Shown here one piece after another: positions 17,256-27,614 of a stretch of 64,000 nt of DNA. Under the pieces are notes generated by a model. That model ran no database searches, had not been told where the DNA came from, and saw only the letters and a list, made by a program, of their open reading frames with translations. The position numbers were made by a program, and so were the translations under genes. Source of the DNA: an uncultured Candidatus Saccharibacteria bacterium (GTDB lineage Bacteria > Patescibacteriota > Saccharimonadia > CAILAD01 > BJGX01); the NCBI GenBank assembly GCA_964481235.1, contig CAYZYH010000004.1, forward strand, positions 2,124 through 66,123. Reading direction: 5' to 3'. Positions within the stretch are counted from its first letter, which is position 1. Every line of letters begins with the position of its first letter.

Positions 17256-19028
17256 ATGGATAAAACAAATCAATCCCCCAAATCTTCAGATGTAGTTGAT
17301 CAAAACACCACTACAGATGAAAGTAGTAAGAAGCCAAAAGTTACTGCTTCTCAAGGTGTAACTATTGAAGAAGCCCAGAACTCTAGAATTAATACGGCTA
17401 AACGTATTAAAGAGGCTATGCTTAGTCAAAACAAAATTTCTCAAAAACAGCTAGACGCCATAGAGCATATTACTAAGCTACACAACATTAACTTTATAGA
17501 TTATTTAATATCACAAAATATTGTCAATAAAGACTTTATTGGTCAAACCCTAGCCAACTATTACAATACCTCATACATAGATCTAGAAAACAATCAGCCT
17601 CCAAAAGACCTAGTACTTAAGATACCCAAGAATGTAACTACTGAGAACCGAGTAATATTTTATTATGTAGACAAAACAAGAGCTGTGTTTGTTACCGACG
17701 AGCCAGGCCAGGTAGGGCTGAAAGAAAAACTAGCTATCTACACCAATGGTCTACCTGTATCTATTGCATACTCTCTAAGTGACGATATTGACGTTATTCT
17801 GGCTCACTATCGCAAGCCGCTAGCTACGCGATTTAACCAAATTATTCAAGAGCAGGAACGTGTTGCGCCAGAAATAATAGATGAAATTATCAAAGATGCT
17901 ATCGTGTTTGATGTGAGTGATATTCATTTTGAACCAGAAGAGAAAGTAGTTTTAATAAGGTTCCGAATAGATGGTGTATTGCGTGAGGCTGGTCAGATAC
18001 CTATTCAGTATTATGAGAATGTACTTAATAGGTTAAAGGTGCAAGCGAGAATGCGCATAGACGAACATGGCGCTAGCCAAGATGGCGCCATACGCTATAG
18101 CGTAGATGAAGAATCTGTAGATATTCGTATTTCTATTGTCCCAACACTTAACGGAGAGAAGGTTGCTCTAAGACTGCTCGCTGGCAACTCAAAGAACCTC
18201 AACTTCAAAAACCTCGGTTTTAATGTCTTTGATCTCAAGTTGATTGAAGCACAAATGCATCGGCCATTCGGTATGATAGTTACCACTGGACCAACTGGTT
18301 CGGGTAAAACCACTACACTTTATGCTATGCTAAAGCAGCTAAATAGCTCAGATATTAATATTACCACCATAGAGGATCCTGTAGAATACAAACTTTTTGG
18401 TGTAAATCAAATACAGGTAAACCGGGCTACTAATCTTACTTTTGCCGAAGGGTTAAGAACTATTGTCCGACAAGACCCAGATATCATTTTGGTAGGTGAA
18501 ATTCGTGACAAAGAGACGGCCAAAATGGCTGTAAACGCTGCGCTAACAGGCCACCTACTATTCTCTACCTTTCACGCCAACGACTCTGCCACGGCTATTC
18601 CTCGCTTTATAGACATGGGGGTAGAGCCTTTCTTGCTTTCATCTACTCTAAACGCCGTAATTGCTCAACGCTTAATGCGAACAATTTGTGTTACTTGTAG
18701 AAAGAGTTACTTGGTAAATCTTAGTGATATACAAAAAAAGATTCCTCATGCTGAAATGTATTTCAAAAGACCTCAAGTTACACTTTACTATGGCGAAGGC
18801 TGTGAATCTTGTAATTACTCGGGCTATAAGGGTAGGGTAGCATTATACGAAATACTAGTGGTATCACCAGCAATTAAAGAGCTTATAGTTAAAAATCCAT
18901 CCAGCAAATTAATATGGGATCAAGCCAGAAAAGAAGGTGCTCGTACGCTATTTGAAGACGGTATAATAAAAATACAAAATGGTCGATCGACCCTAGAGGA
19001 GTTAATGCGTGTCGCCGAACCAAAATAA
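17256..19028 (+). CDS. pilB: Type IV pilus assembly ATPase (GspE/PilB family)
   Basis: Walker A TGPTGSGKTT. Asp and His boxes. CxxC…CxxC tetracysteine (CVTCRKSY…CESCNYSGY). Confidence 0.85.
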   Translation: MDKTNQSPKSSDVVDQNTTTDESSKKPKVTASQGVTIEEAQNSRINTAKRIKEAMLSQNKISQKQLDAIEHITKLHNINFIDYLISQNIVNKDFIGQTLANYYNTSYIDLENNQPPKDLVLKIPKNVTTENRVIFYYVDKTRAVFVTDEPGQVGLKEKLAIYTNGLPVSIAYSLSDDIDVILAHYRKPLATRFNQIIQEQERVAPEIIDEIIKDAIVFDVSDIHFEPEEKVVLIRFRIDGVLREAGQIPIQYYENVLNRLKVQARMRIDEHGASQDGAIRYSVDEESVDIRISIVPTLNGEKVALRLLAGNSKNLNFKNLGFNVFDLKLIEAQMHRPFGMIVTTGPTGSGKTTTLYAMLKQLNSSDINITTIEDPVEYKLFGVNQIQVNRATNLTFAEGLRTIVRQDPDIILVGEIRDKETAKMAVNAALTGHLLFSTFHANDSATAIPRFIDMGVEPFLLSSTLNAVIAQRLMRTICVTCRKSYLVNLSDIQKKIPHAEMYFKRPQVTLYYGEGCESCNYSGYKGRVALYEILVVSPAIKELIVKNPSSKLIWDQARKEGARTLFEDGIIKIQNGRSTLEELMRVAEPK

Positions 19029-20196
19029 TCCTGTAAAAATAGACGGTGTGAGCAACGATAGGTCATCTAAAGATGCCCCCAAAGTTACTGTAGAAAAAAA
19101 ACCGGCTGAAGATGTAGAGAAAAAAACTAAATCCAAACCGCTTACCAAGCACGCTGTTAGTAGAGATGCTCGAGAGTATTTTACTGAGACATTAAGCATG
19201 CTAATTTCTACCGGTGTGACTGTGGGTCTCTCACTTGAAATACTCAGTAAAGAAGCACCTACCAAAAAAGTTAAAGCTGCAATACTTGCTATGCGTGACA
19301 AAGTTGACGAGGGCGGTACACTTTGGCGGGCTATAGGTGAGTCGGGTATGTTAAATGCCTCTTCAGTTGCGTTAATAAGGGCTGGCGAAGAATCTGGGCG
19401 ACTATCTGAAAACCTAAAGGTTGTTTCTGAGCAAACCCATAGAATTAACATGATCAACTCTAAGGTTCGCTCAGCACTTATTTATCCTACATTTCTTGTG
19501 GTGTTGATGTTAATTGTTGGTAGCGGCATAAGCTTATTTCTGTTACCAAGATTAGCAGAAATATTCGAAGGCTTAGATGTAGAATTAAACTTACTTACAA
19601 AAGTAATGATTGGCTTTGGGTTGTTTTGGTCGCACTGGGGCCTACTATTGTCGGGTATTTTTGTGGTTGCGGTTTTTATTATTGGTATGGGCATCGCTTA
19701 TGTAAAGCCTATCAGAACTCTAGCAGAGAAAGTACTCTATGTTATACCTGGTATAAAAACTCTCATTTATCAGTCCGAAATCTCTAGGTTTGGATTTATA
19801 ATGGGCTCACTATTAGAGGCAGGCCTACCAATTGTAGATGTGCTCGACTCTCTTGTAGATTCTTTTGCTACAGTCAGGTATAGCAATATTGCAAAAATTA
19901 TAAGAACGAACGTAGAAGAAGGTCAGTCTTTGGCGACTACTCTAGAGAAGATTCCAGATAGAAAAGCTTTGCCTGGCCCCATAAGACAGCTTATAGTAAG
20001 TTCTGAACAGTCGGGCAACCTTTCTGATACATTACTTAAAATTAGCAGTACCTATGAAGAAAAGGTTGAGATAACAGCCGAGAACCTTGAAACTGTACTA
20101 GAGCCTATTATCTTAATTGCAATAGCGGTAGGAGTACTCTTTATTGCCTTATCGGTAATATTGCCCATTTATGGCTTGCTCGGAGGAATTAAGTAA
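19009..20196 (+). CDS. pilC: Type IV pilus inner-membrane platform protein (GspF/PilC family)
   Basis: Two T2SS-F repeats and 3 TM segments. Translationally coupled to pilB. Confidence 0.8.
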   Translation: MSPNQNNPVKIDGVSNDRSSKDAPKVTVEKKPAEDVEKKTKSKPLTKHAVSRDAREYFTETLSMLISTGVTVGLSLEILSKEAPTKKVKAAILAMRDKVDEGGTLWRAIGESGMLNASSVALIRAGEESGRLSENLKVVSEQTHRINMINSKVRSALIYPTFLVVLMLIVGSGISLFLLPRLAEIFEGLDVELNLLTKVMIGFGLFWSHWGLLLSGIFVVAVFIIGMGIAYVKPIRTLAEKVLYVIPGIKTLIYQSEISRFGFIMGSLLEAGLPIVDVLDSLVDSFATVRYSNIAKIIRTNVEEGQSLATTLEKIPDRKALPGPIRQLIVSSEQSGNLSDTLLKISSTYEEKVEITAENLETVLEPIILIAIAVGVLFIALSVILPIYGLLGGIK

Positions 20197-20201
20197 TTAA
20201 T

Positions 20202-20657
20202 ATGTTTGTTAAAAAAAAACTTGCACTACACCAGTATGGTTTTACCTTAATTGAGCTCATACTTTCTATTGGAATAATTTCTATTATACTAATGTTAACA
20301 GCACCAGTACTGCAACGCTATGTGTTGCGCAACGACTTAGAAGTTATTAGTAGTATCATTATTCAAGATATGTATCGTGCGCAGAGCCTAGCTAGATCTG
20401 GAGAAAATGATGGTAATTGGGGCGTGCATGTGCAAAATGGCAGTATCACAGTTTTTCAGGGAAATAGTTATGCTACCAGAAACCAATCTAAAGATGAGGT
20501 TTATCCTTTTACATCATCTATTACTTTTTCGGGTCAAACTGAATTTGTTTTCGACAAATTCACCGGCAAGTTATCTATACCTGGTGCTGTTACGGTAGTA
20601 AACAAGGGCGACAACAAGACTATTACGGTAAGCTCAAAGGGAGTAATTGAATATTAG
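20202..20657 (+). CDS. Prepilin-type (pseudopilin) protein
   Basis: Class III signal peptide KLALHQYG|FTLIELILSIGIISIIL with the conserved Glu at +5. Confidence 0.7.
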   Translation: MFVKKKLALHQYGFTLIELILSIGIISIILMLTAPVLQRYVLRNDLEVISSIIIQDMYRAQSLARSGENDGNWGVHVQNGSITVFQGNSYATRNQSKDEVYPFTSSITFSGQTEFVFDKFTGKLSIPGAVTVVNKGDNKTITVSSKGVIEY

Positions 20658-22434
20658 CATGACATCAACAAATCGCACAGCTGCATCAATGCCAACGGGC
20701 TTTAGTTTGATAGAGATTTTATTGGCTGTAGCAATATTTGCATTATTTGGCACTGTTATGCTCAGTGCTTTTATATACGGCCGAGACGGAGTAAGACAAG
20801 CCGGTGAACGTACAAGAGCCACTGAACTCTCTAGTGCTGGTTTAGAAGTGGTTAGAAATATTGCTAATCCCAACTACTCTAATCTATCTAGTTATTCAAA
20901 CGGCACCAACTATTATATTAGTTCAGTAAACAACCAATGGCAGCTAACCACAATTCCTCAACTTGTAGATGGCAAATATACAAGAATAGTTAATTTTAGT
21001 GATGGACCAAATGGCTCACGTAAAGTTACTGTCACAGTGAGTTGGCCACGAACATTAGTGATTAGTTCTTCATTGAGCGTTGTAACATATTTTGCTAACT
21101 GGCGCCAACCAACCTCGGCACCAATCAAAAGTGGGCTTTTTGTCTATGCCGATGGCGGTACCACTACAGATAGGATGGAATATAGACAGCTATTAACAAC
21201 TGGCTCTTGGACTGCCCAGACTGTAATACCAGATGTAAGTACCACCACCAACAATCGAGTGCCACGTTCACTTAAGCTTTACTCGGCACAAACTGGCTCG
21301 GCCAAGATGATGGTCTCTAGGCACTATGATGGCGCCAGGCAATATATGTATGCTACTGCCTGGAACGGTAGTAGTTGGGCAACTCCACAGCTACTCGCCC
21401 AATGGACTTCTAGTAGCGCACTTAATTCTGGTAATTATGGAGGAGATTTTTTAGCCGACGGTTCATTTGTAGCAGTATATTCAGATGGTAGTAATAACCC
21501 TAAGTCTAGATCATTTAATGGCGCAACCTGGGGGCCAGAGGTTGGCTTGGGACAGATTGGCTCTAGCAGTAACTACATAACAGCAATGATGATTAAGGCT
21601 AGACCCGCATCTAATGACATGATGACAGTTTTTCTCACAAACGACTATCAGGTGAATACTAGCTTTTATGCCAATAGTGCCTGGTCTACCTATACCCAAC
21701 ACACCAATAGTTCTGCGGGAAATGGCTCTTTGCTGGTGGACTTTGACTGGAGTAACGTTAATACTAGCCAAGGTACCGTACTATATACTACTTCTAGTAA
21801 CAGTCGTGCTTTGCGTGCTCAAACATTTACTATTAACGGAAGTGGATCTGGTAGTTGGAGTTCTGTTATCACAAGTGGCAACATACCATCGGGGCAATCT
21901 ATCATCTCAATTCGGCAAATTTCGAGGCCAAGCTCTGCCAACGAGTTAGTAGCGTGTGCTAAGAGTGATATCAACCCTGGTTCAATATTTTGTTACGAAA
22001 TTAATCCTGGCGGTGTTGGTTTTGTTACGCCTACAAACAATCTTATTACCAACAACACTGATTACGGCGGGCAAATAACTTTTGATGTTGCTTATAAATA
22101 CGTTAATTCTAACGATGGCGTAATAGCTTACTCCGATAACACTCGAAGCGGTAAATTAAAGATATATAATAGCAGCCTAAACTCATGGGCAACAAGTGCA
22201 ATAGCACTACCGAACGCCAGTGACAATATTGGAAAAACTCGAATAGTAGGCAGACCAAATGCTGACGAAACCATGGTAATGGTGTCTGATGCTTTCCGTA
22301 ATTTATATTCAGTTGTGTTAGATGGAACCACTAATACATTATTTACTACACCATCAGGTAAAGCCTGGACTAATCACTTATCTAGCGGGCCTACAAACGA
22401 CGCTGTATGGTTTGATTTTGCTTGGGATAACTAA
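20647..22434 (+). CDS. Giant pilin-like protein (595 aa) with prepilin N-terminus, candidate pilus tip/adhesin subunit
   Basis: Prepilin leader …MPTG|FSLIEILLAVAIFALFG, then a 560-aa Ser/Thr/Asn/Trp-rich extracellular body. Confidence 0.6.
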   Translation: MNISMTSTNRTAASMPTGFSLIEILLAVAIFALFGTVMLSAFIYGRDGVRQAGERTRATELSSAGLEVVRNIANPNYSNLSSYSNGTNYYISSVNNQWQLTTIPQLVDGKYTRIVNFSDGPNGSRKVTVTVSWPRTLVISSSLSVVTYFANWRQPTSAPIKSGLFVYADGGTTTDRMEYRQLLTTGSWTAQTVIPDVSTTTNNRVPRSLKLYSAQTGSAKMMVSRHYDGARQYMYATAWNGSSWATPQLLAQWTSSSALNSGNYGGDFLADGSFVAVYSDGSNNPKSRSFNGATWGPEVGLGQIGSSSNYITAMMIKARPASNDMMTVFLTNDYQVNTSFYANSAWSTYTQHTNSSAGNGSLLVDFDWSNVNTSQGTVLYTTSSNSRALRAQTFTINGSGSGSWSSVITSGNIPSGQSIISIRQISRPSSANELVACAKSDINPGSIFCYEINPGGVGFVTPTNNLITNNTDYGGQITFDVAYKYVNSNDGVIAYSDNTRSGKLKIYNSSLNSWATSAIALPNASDNIGKTRIVGRPNADETMVMVSDAFRNLYSVVLDGTTNTLFTTPSGKAWTNHLSSGPTNDAVWFDFAWDN

Positions 22435-22446
22435 GGGCAATTAATT

Positions 22447-22974
22447 ATGAAAAACATTCACTATAACAATCAGACGGGCTACACCATAATAGAAATGCTT
22501 CTATATATTGCGGTATTTTCACTGATTATTGGCTCAATACTCGCTGTGGCCATCTCAATTACTAATCAACGTATTCAAAACCAAGTCAATCAAGAAGTTG
22601 ACGCTCAAGGACGTCTAGTGATGTCTAGTATCACCCAGAGCCTTCGTAATGCTAGTACTATAAACACTCCTTCGGTAGGAAATTCATCAGCGAGTTTGTC
22701 GCTAAATACTACTACAGCCGCAAATAATCCGACAGTATATGATAGCGTGATCGACCAAAATGTAAACAAGGTGCGCATCAAGGTGGGTAGTGCAAGCGCT
22801 GAATTCTTAACTAGCTCTAGGGTGAGTGTTAGTAACTTGAGCTTCACCAATAGAGCTATCTCTGGCGGTAGAGACTCAATAGAGATAAGTTTTACTCTCA
22901 ATTACTATAATCCTAGTAATAAATCTACATTACAGTATCAGAAAAATTTTTATGGAGTATCAACACTAAGATGA
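22447..22974 (+). CDS. Prepilin-type minor pilin
   Basis: …QTG|YTIIEMLLYIAVFSLIIGSILAV prepilin N-terminus. Confidence 0.65.
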   Translation: MKNIHYNNQTGYTIIEMLLYIAVFSLIIGSILAVAISITNQRIQNQVNQEVDAQGRLVMSSITQSLRNASTINTPSVGNSSASLSLNTTTAANNPTVYDSVIDQNVNKVRIKVGSASAEFLTSSRVSVSNLSFTNRAISGGRDSIEISFTLNYYNPSNKSTLQYQKNFYGVSTLR

Positions 22975-23396
22975 ATACACTATATACAAATCAACAATCA
23001 GGCTATATTACTCTAATAACAGTAATTGCCATAGCTGCAATTGGCTCACTTGTGGGCTTGCTACTGCTTTTTTCTGGCGTAACATCTAGCAAAACTAGCC
23101 TGAGTATTCAGCAATCTGCTCAAGCAAAGGCCGGAGCTGACGGTTGTGCAGAACTTGCCTTAGCTGCAATACAGGCAAACATTGTGCTTACTACACCGTC
23201 TAGTGCCAACTACACAATAGATGCTACAAACAAGACCACCTGCACCTACACCATCACCGGTACTAGCCCCAATTATGTGATAGATGCCGTAGGTGTTGCC
23301 GACGCTAGCGGCAAAAACATCAAAAAACGCGCCAATATTACATTAAATAGGGTTGGGCCAACTCTAAATATCTACAGTTGGCAAGAAATTCCTTGA
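22971..23396 (+). CDS. Pilin-like minor subunit (PilX-like), putative
   Basis: …QSG|YITLITVIAIAAIGSLVGLLLLF hydrophobic N-terminal helix. Overlaps the upstream gene by 4 nt. Confidence 0.5.
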   Translation: MNTLYTNQQSGYITLITVIAIAAIGSLVGLLLLFSGVTSSKTSLSIQQSAQAKAGADGCAELALAAIQANIVLTTPSSANYTIDATNKTTCTYTITGTSPNYVIDAVGVADASGKNIKKRANITLNRVGPTLNIYSWQEIP

Positions 23397-23419
23397 CAAA
23401 AAATCTATAAAAAAGCCTA

Positions 23420-23448
23420 TTGCAAAATAAGCATAAGTACTTTAATAT
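23420..23448 (+). promoter_or_regulatory. Sigma-70-like promoter for pilA (ttgcaa-17 nt-taatat)
   Basis: Near-consensus -35/-10 with 17-nt spacer. About 40 nt upstream of a strong RBS (aaagaaagagg) and the pilA ATG. Confidence 0.5.
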
Positions 23449-23489
23449 GATAGTAAGTAAAAATTACTAAAGAAAGAGGTTAAAAAAAG

Positions 23490-23948
23490 ATGTTCAAATT
23501 ATTAAAAAGTAAAAAAGGATTTACCTTGATTGAAGTTTTGCTAGTTGTTGCAATTATCGCAATTCTTGCCGGTATTGTTATACTAGCGGTTAACCCTGCC
23601 AAGCAGTTGGCCGATACTCGTAACGCCCAGCGTAGAGCCGATGTAAATACTATTATTAATGCAGCTTATCAGTACTCTATTGATAACAATGGTAACTTAC
23701 CATCAAGCATTCTGGTAGCTGGTACAGCCCCAGCGAACGATATTTGTGTAACTGGCGGAACTTGCACTGGCCTAACCGACCTGAGTGTTCTTACAGCAAA
23801 TGGTAAATATTTAGTATCTATACCAAAAGATCCGAGCACTGCTACAGCTAATGACACAAAATATACTATTGTAAAAGATGCTAACAATAGACTAGTTGTT
23901 TCTGCTCCAGACGCAGAACAAGGTGCCACAATTTCAGTAACTCGTTAG
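23490..23948 (+). CDS. pilA: Type IV major pilin (PilA-like)
   Basis: KKG|FTLIEVLLVVAIIAILAGIVILAVNP… is a classic T4a pilin N-terminus. 152 aa. Own promoter and strong terminator. Confidence 0.8.
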   Translation: MFKLLKSKKGFTLIEVLLVVAIIAILAGIVILAVNPAKQLADTRNAQRRADVNTIINAAYQYSIDNNGNLPSSILVAGTAPANDICVTGGTCTGLTDLSVLTANGKYLVSIPKDPSTATANDTKYTIVKDANNRLVVSAPDAEQGATISVTR

Positions 23949-23971
23949 TTATTCAGTATCCAACTACCAAC

Positions 23972-24000
23972 AAAAGAGCCCCTCTAAGGGGCTCTTTTGT
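23972..24000 (+). terminator. Intrinsic terminator after pilA (aaagagcccct-cta-aggggctcttt + T)
   Basis: Perfect 11-bp GC-rich stem with a U-tract. Confidence 0.7.
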
Positions 24001-24039
24001 TGCTTATTTAGCTTGATTTTGTCATAATCAAAAGTACTT

Positions 24040-24738
24040 ATGCCAGAACGTTATACACTATCTAATAGAACAGACGATAAAACCAAAGATAATGCCCCCA
24101 AAGAGAAAGGCGTTAAAAATAGCACACCTAAACTACCGAGTATTCCACCTATATATTGGCTTATTTTGACTATAATTGTGGTGGTGGTAACAAATATTGC
24201 AACCTATTTTATCGTAACATCTATCTATAACAAACGACTAAGTGATGCCGATAGTAAAACCAAAGATCTACAAACTAAGCTTAGTCAGGCTGAAGAAAAG
24301 AATAATAACCTCATAGGTAAAAATAATAAGAACCCCGGCTCAACCGACAGCAGTGTGTCTGAGGAAACTCGTAAAAAAATTCAAGCCCTGATAGACAGTA
24401 AGAAATATCAAGACATTACTGCATTACTTGGCGAAAACACCACAGTGGTAGTAGCAGGCTCTAGCACGTCACAACAGACTAGACAACAAGTTCTTGATTC
24501 GCTTGGCTATTTAAATAGTTCAACTGGTAGTTGGAACTGGAACTTAACTGCCAACCAGCTCCAACAGCTACAACAAGGTAACAATGCACAATACTTTGGC
24601 GACAATGCTATTGTAGGACAATCATCTGACGGTTATATAGTGGCTATTGTAATTAATGACAGCGGTCAGGTGAGCTCGGTATTTATGAGTCCGAACGCAC
24701 AAGATGCTGGCGTTTCATCAACTCCAGACAGTGAGTAG
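24040..24738 (+). CDS. Membrane-anchored hypothetical protein (232 aa)
   Basis: Single N-proximal TM helix. Coiled-coil segment, then a Ser/Thr/Gln-rich extracytoplasmic domain. Confidence 0.4.
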   Translation: MPERYTLSNRTDDKTKDNAPKEKGVKNSTPKLPSIPPIYWLILTIIVVVVTNIATYFIVTSIYNKRLSDADSKTKDLQTKLSQAEEKNNNLIGKNNKNPGSTDSSVSEETRKKIQALIDSKKYQDITALLGENTTVVVAGSSTSQQTRQQVLDSLGYLNSSTGSWNWNLTANQLQQLQQGNNAQYFGDNAIVGQSSDGYIVAIVINDSGQVSSVFMSPNAQDAGVSSTPDSE

Positions 24739-24778
24739 AGGTGTTTCGCAAAAATAGCAAATGGGTTAATATAGATAA

Positions 24779-25117
24779 ATGAGTAAGAGTTATAAGCAAC
24801 AAACTCTCGATGAATACAAAGGCGTGATTCAGCAGTTTAGAATGGCTGGTGTTACAGCAATTACACTACTTAGTGTGGGGGCAGTATTTTTTCATTATGT
24901 TCAAAAGCTAAGTTGGCTAGATGCTTTTTATTTCTGTACAATATCGCTCGCTACTATAGGCTATGGCGATATTACACCTACTACGCCCGCGGGCAAGATT
25001 TTTATTATGTTTTACGTGGTAATAGGTATTGGTATAATTGCTACCTTTGCAAATCTAGTTGTTAGACGAGCGGTCTTAAAACGTGAAATAAGAAGAATAA
25101 ACTCAGATAAAGAATAA
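24779..25117 (+). CDS. Small 2-TM potassium channel (Ion_trans_2 family)
   Basis: Canonical K+ selectivity filter TISLATIGYGDITP flanked by two TM helices. 112 aa. Confidence 0.8.
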   Translation: MSKSYKQQTLDEYKGVIQQFRMAGVTAITLLSVGAVFFHYVQKLSWLDAFYFCTISLATIGYGDITPTTPAGKIFIMFYVVIGIGIIATFANLVVRRAVLKREIRRINSDKE

Positions 25118-25129
25118 TAAGGATAAAAT

Positions 25130-25495
25130 ATGGCTCAAAAAAATGATACTACATTAACATTTATTAAAATTGGCAGAGTGATAACTTATATTGTTTATGG
25201 TTTCACTATGATTGCAATTGTTTCTTTAACATTTGGATTTTTCTTACTTCTATTTTCGGCCAACCCAACCACACCTTTCGTACAGTTTGTATACAAAATA
25301 GCCAATGAATTTTTACAACCATTTAGGGGTATTTTTCCTACCCACCCCGTAGGAGAAACTGGTTACTTTAGTGCAAGTGCATTGTTTGCGATTATTTTTT
25401 ATCTATTATTTGCTACAGGCGTAAGCGCCCTAGTAAGTTATTTAAATTTAAAAATGGCAACTCACGAGAGAGAATTAAAAAAAATCATCAAGTAG
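25130..25495 (+). CDS. Small membrane protein (121 aa), unknown
   Basis: Three hydrophobic segments. No motifs recognised. Confidence 0.35.
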   Translation: MAQKNDTTLTFIKIGRVITYIVYGFTMIAIVSLTFGFFLLLFSANPTTPFVQFVYKIANEFLQPFRGIFPTHPVGETGYFSASALFAIIFYLLFATGVSALVSYLNLKMATHERELKKIIK

Positions 25496-25535
25496 TTTTT
25501 GTATAAACCACTTTGGTTAGCTATAATAAAAAATT

Positions 25536-27149
25536 ATGACAAAGATAGAGAAACAAATTCTCATATTGCTGGCAATGGCACAGCTAATACTTACCCTAGA
25601 TACCACCGTAATGAATGTATCTATTTCTACTTTGGTAGTAGATTTGAATACCACGATAAGTGGCGTACAAAGTGCAATAACATTTTACACTCTAGTAATG
25701 GCCGCCTTTATGATTGCTGGTGCCAAGGTGGGCGATATAATAGGTCGCAAAAAAGCTTTTGTAATTGGGCTTTGTATATATGGTACGGGGTCGGCAATGA
25801 CTGCGCTGGCACCCAACATAACTGTTTTAAAAATAGGTTGGTCACTGCTAGAGGGTTTGGGTGCTGCCCTTATAATTCCTGCAATGATATCACTTATTGC
25901 TAGTAATTTTGGTGCTGGAACGCGTAGGGTAAAGGCCTATGGTGCTGTGGCCGCAATGGGCGCGGTAGGCGCTGGCATTGGCCCATTAATAGGTGGTTTT
26001 TTGACAACTTACGCAAGTTGGCGTTATGCTTTTGCGGCCGAAGTAGTAGTGGTTATATATATTCTTTTAAGAAAAGGTATTATAGTAGACTCAAAACTCG
26101 ATAAGGTAAAACCAAAACTTGACTGGCTAGGTGTTGGATTAATAGCTGCAGGGATGGTTTTGGTTGTGCAAGGTATATTATATGCAAGCACTTACGGGTT
26201 GTTGCGCGCTCGACAAGATTTTACAATAAACGGGCAGGTAGTTATTAATGCCGGTGGCATTTCTCCCACGATCTGTTTAATACTATTGGGCATAATTACC
26301 CTTGGATTGTTTGTGTTGTGGGAAAGACATCGTGAAAATAAGAAACTATTTCCATTGATCCATCTAGAGCTATTTAAAAATAGCGTTGTAAATGCTGGTA
26401 ACGGTTCTATATTTGCCACTCAGTTTTTGCTTGGTGGCACAATGTATGCCCTAGCACTGTTTTTACAGGTAGAATTGGGTTATGATGCTTTGAAAACAGG
26501 TGTAACAATGCTACCACTTTCTCTAATGATTCTAGTGTTGGCAAGCCGGGGATCAGTAATGTCTACAAAGTTTGCACCCCGCAAAATAGTGCAAGTAGGC
26601 TTTGTATTGGTTTTAATGGGTGCAATTTTACTCGGTATAAGAGCCGGCTCAGCAGATAGCGGCTGGGCACTAGTACCCTCATTAGCTTTCATTGGTTCTG
26701 GACTAGGCATAATATTTTCACAATTACAAAACCTAGTACAAAGCGCAGTTACTACCAAGGACTCGGCCGAGGCATCGGGGTTGTTTGCGACTTTTCAGAA
26801 TCTAGGAATGAGTTTTGGTACTGCTATTAGCGGGGTTTTGTTGGTGGGTACACTACTCATCGCTAGTACCAACGCGATCGACCAAAACACTACACTTAAT
26901 AATGCTCAAAAAGATCAGCTTAAGTCTGCTTACTCTACACAAGCCCAGATAGTGAGCAATACTCAAATAGAAGCTGTGACCGCCAACCAGCCGGCCGAGG
27001 TATCTCAGGCGGTGGTAGAAATTAATGCGCAGGCTCGACAAAAAGCCTTAAGTTCTACCTTTATATTACTAGCAGTTCTAAGTGGCCTTGGCTTGCTTGC
27101 AACAATTAAGTTACCAGCAAACAAACCAGGGCCAAAAGCCCTCGGTTAG
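25536..27149 (+). CDS. MFS transporter, DHA2 (EmrB/QacA, 14-TMS) drug:H+ antiporter family
   Basis: …LDTTVMNVSISTLVVDLNTTISGVQSAITFYTLVMAAFMIAGAKVGDIIGRKKAF… is DHA2 motif A/C architecture. 537 aa. Confidence 0.8.
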   Translation: MTKIEKQILILLAMAQLILTLDTTVMNVSISTLVVDLNTTISGVQSAITFYTLVMAAFMIAGAKVGDIIGRKKAFVIGLCIYGTGSAMTALAPNITVLKIGWSLLEGLGAALIIPAMISLIASNFGAGTRRVKAYGAVAAMGAVGAGIGPLIGGFLTTYASWRYAFAAEVVVVIYILLRKGIIVDSKLDKVKPKLDWLGVGLIAAGMVLVVQGILYASTYGLLRARQDFTINGQVVINAGGISPTICLILLGIITLGLFVLWERHRENKKLFPLIHLELFKNSVVNAGNGSIFATQFLLGGTMYALALFLQVELGYDALKTGVTMLPLSLMILVLASRGSVMSTKFAPRKIVQVGFVLVLMGAILLGIRAGSADSGWALVPSLAFIGSGLGIIFSQLQNLVQSAVTTKDSAEASGLFATFQNLGMSFGTAISGVLLVGTLLIASTNAIDQNTTLNNAQKDQLKSAYSTQAQIVSNTQIEAVTANQPAEVSQAVVEINAQARQKALSSTFILLAVLSGLGLLATIKLPANKPGPKALG

Positions 27150-27194
27150 ATTGGCGTGATATAATATATATACAAATAAGAAAAAGGAGTTAAT

Positions 27195-27614
27195 ATGCAC
27201 GGACCTATTGATTATATTGTTGTTAAATTTAAAGATAACAACTTTAGCGGAGAAATATTAGACGAGCTTTCTAAGGTTGTTAAAAATGGAACCATAGCAG
27301 TCTTAGATCTTGCCCTAGTAACAAAAAATAAAAGTGGCGAGGTAGCATCTATAGAGTTGAGTGACATGAAAGATGCAAACATCGTAAATTTCGCCAAAGC
27401 TAACGGGGTTGAATCTGGCTTAATTACTACCGACGATATAAATGAAATAGGTGATATTATAGACAATAATAGTTCTGTTGGCCTACTTGTAATTGAACAG
27501 CTTTGGGCGAAAGGTTTAAAACAAGCTATTATTAATGCAAATGGCGAGTTGATTGCTGAAGGTCGCATTCATCCAGATGCAGCCGACGAGCTAGATAAGA
27601 AAGGAGATAAATAA
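27195..27614 (+). CDS. Hypothetical cytoplasmic protein (139 aa), paired with a SHOCT protein
   Basis: ORF with a strong RBS (aaaaaggag). No motif recognised. Confidence 0.35.
   Translation: MHGPIDYIVVKFKDNNFSGEILDELSKVVKNGTIAVLDLALVTKNKSGEVASIELSDMKDANIVNFAKANGVESGLITTDDINEIGDIIDNNSSVGLLVIEQLWAKGLKQAIINANGELIAEGRIHPDAADELDKKGDK

Noticed and set aside
25499-25903. 134-aa Cys/Trp-rich ORF overlapping the start of the MFS transporter in another frame
   Set aside because: It sits entirely within the well-supported DHA2 transporter gene. Its composition is typical of an off-frame translation.
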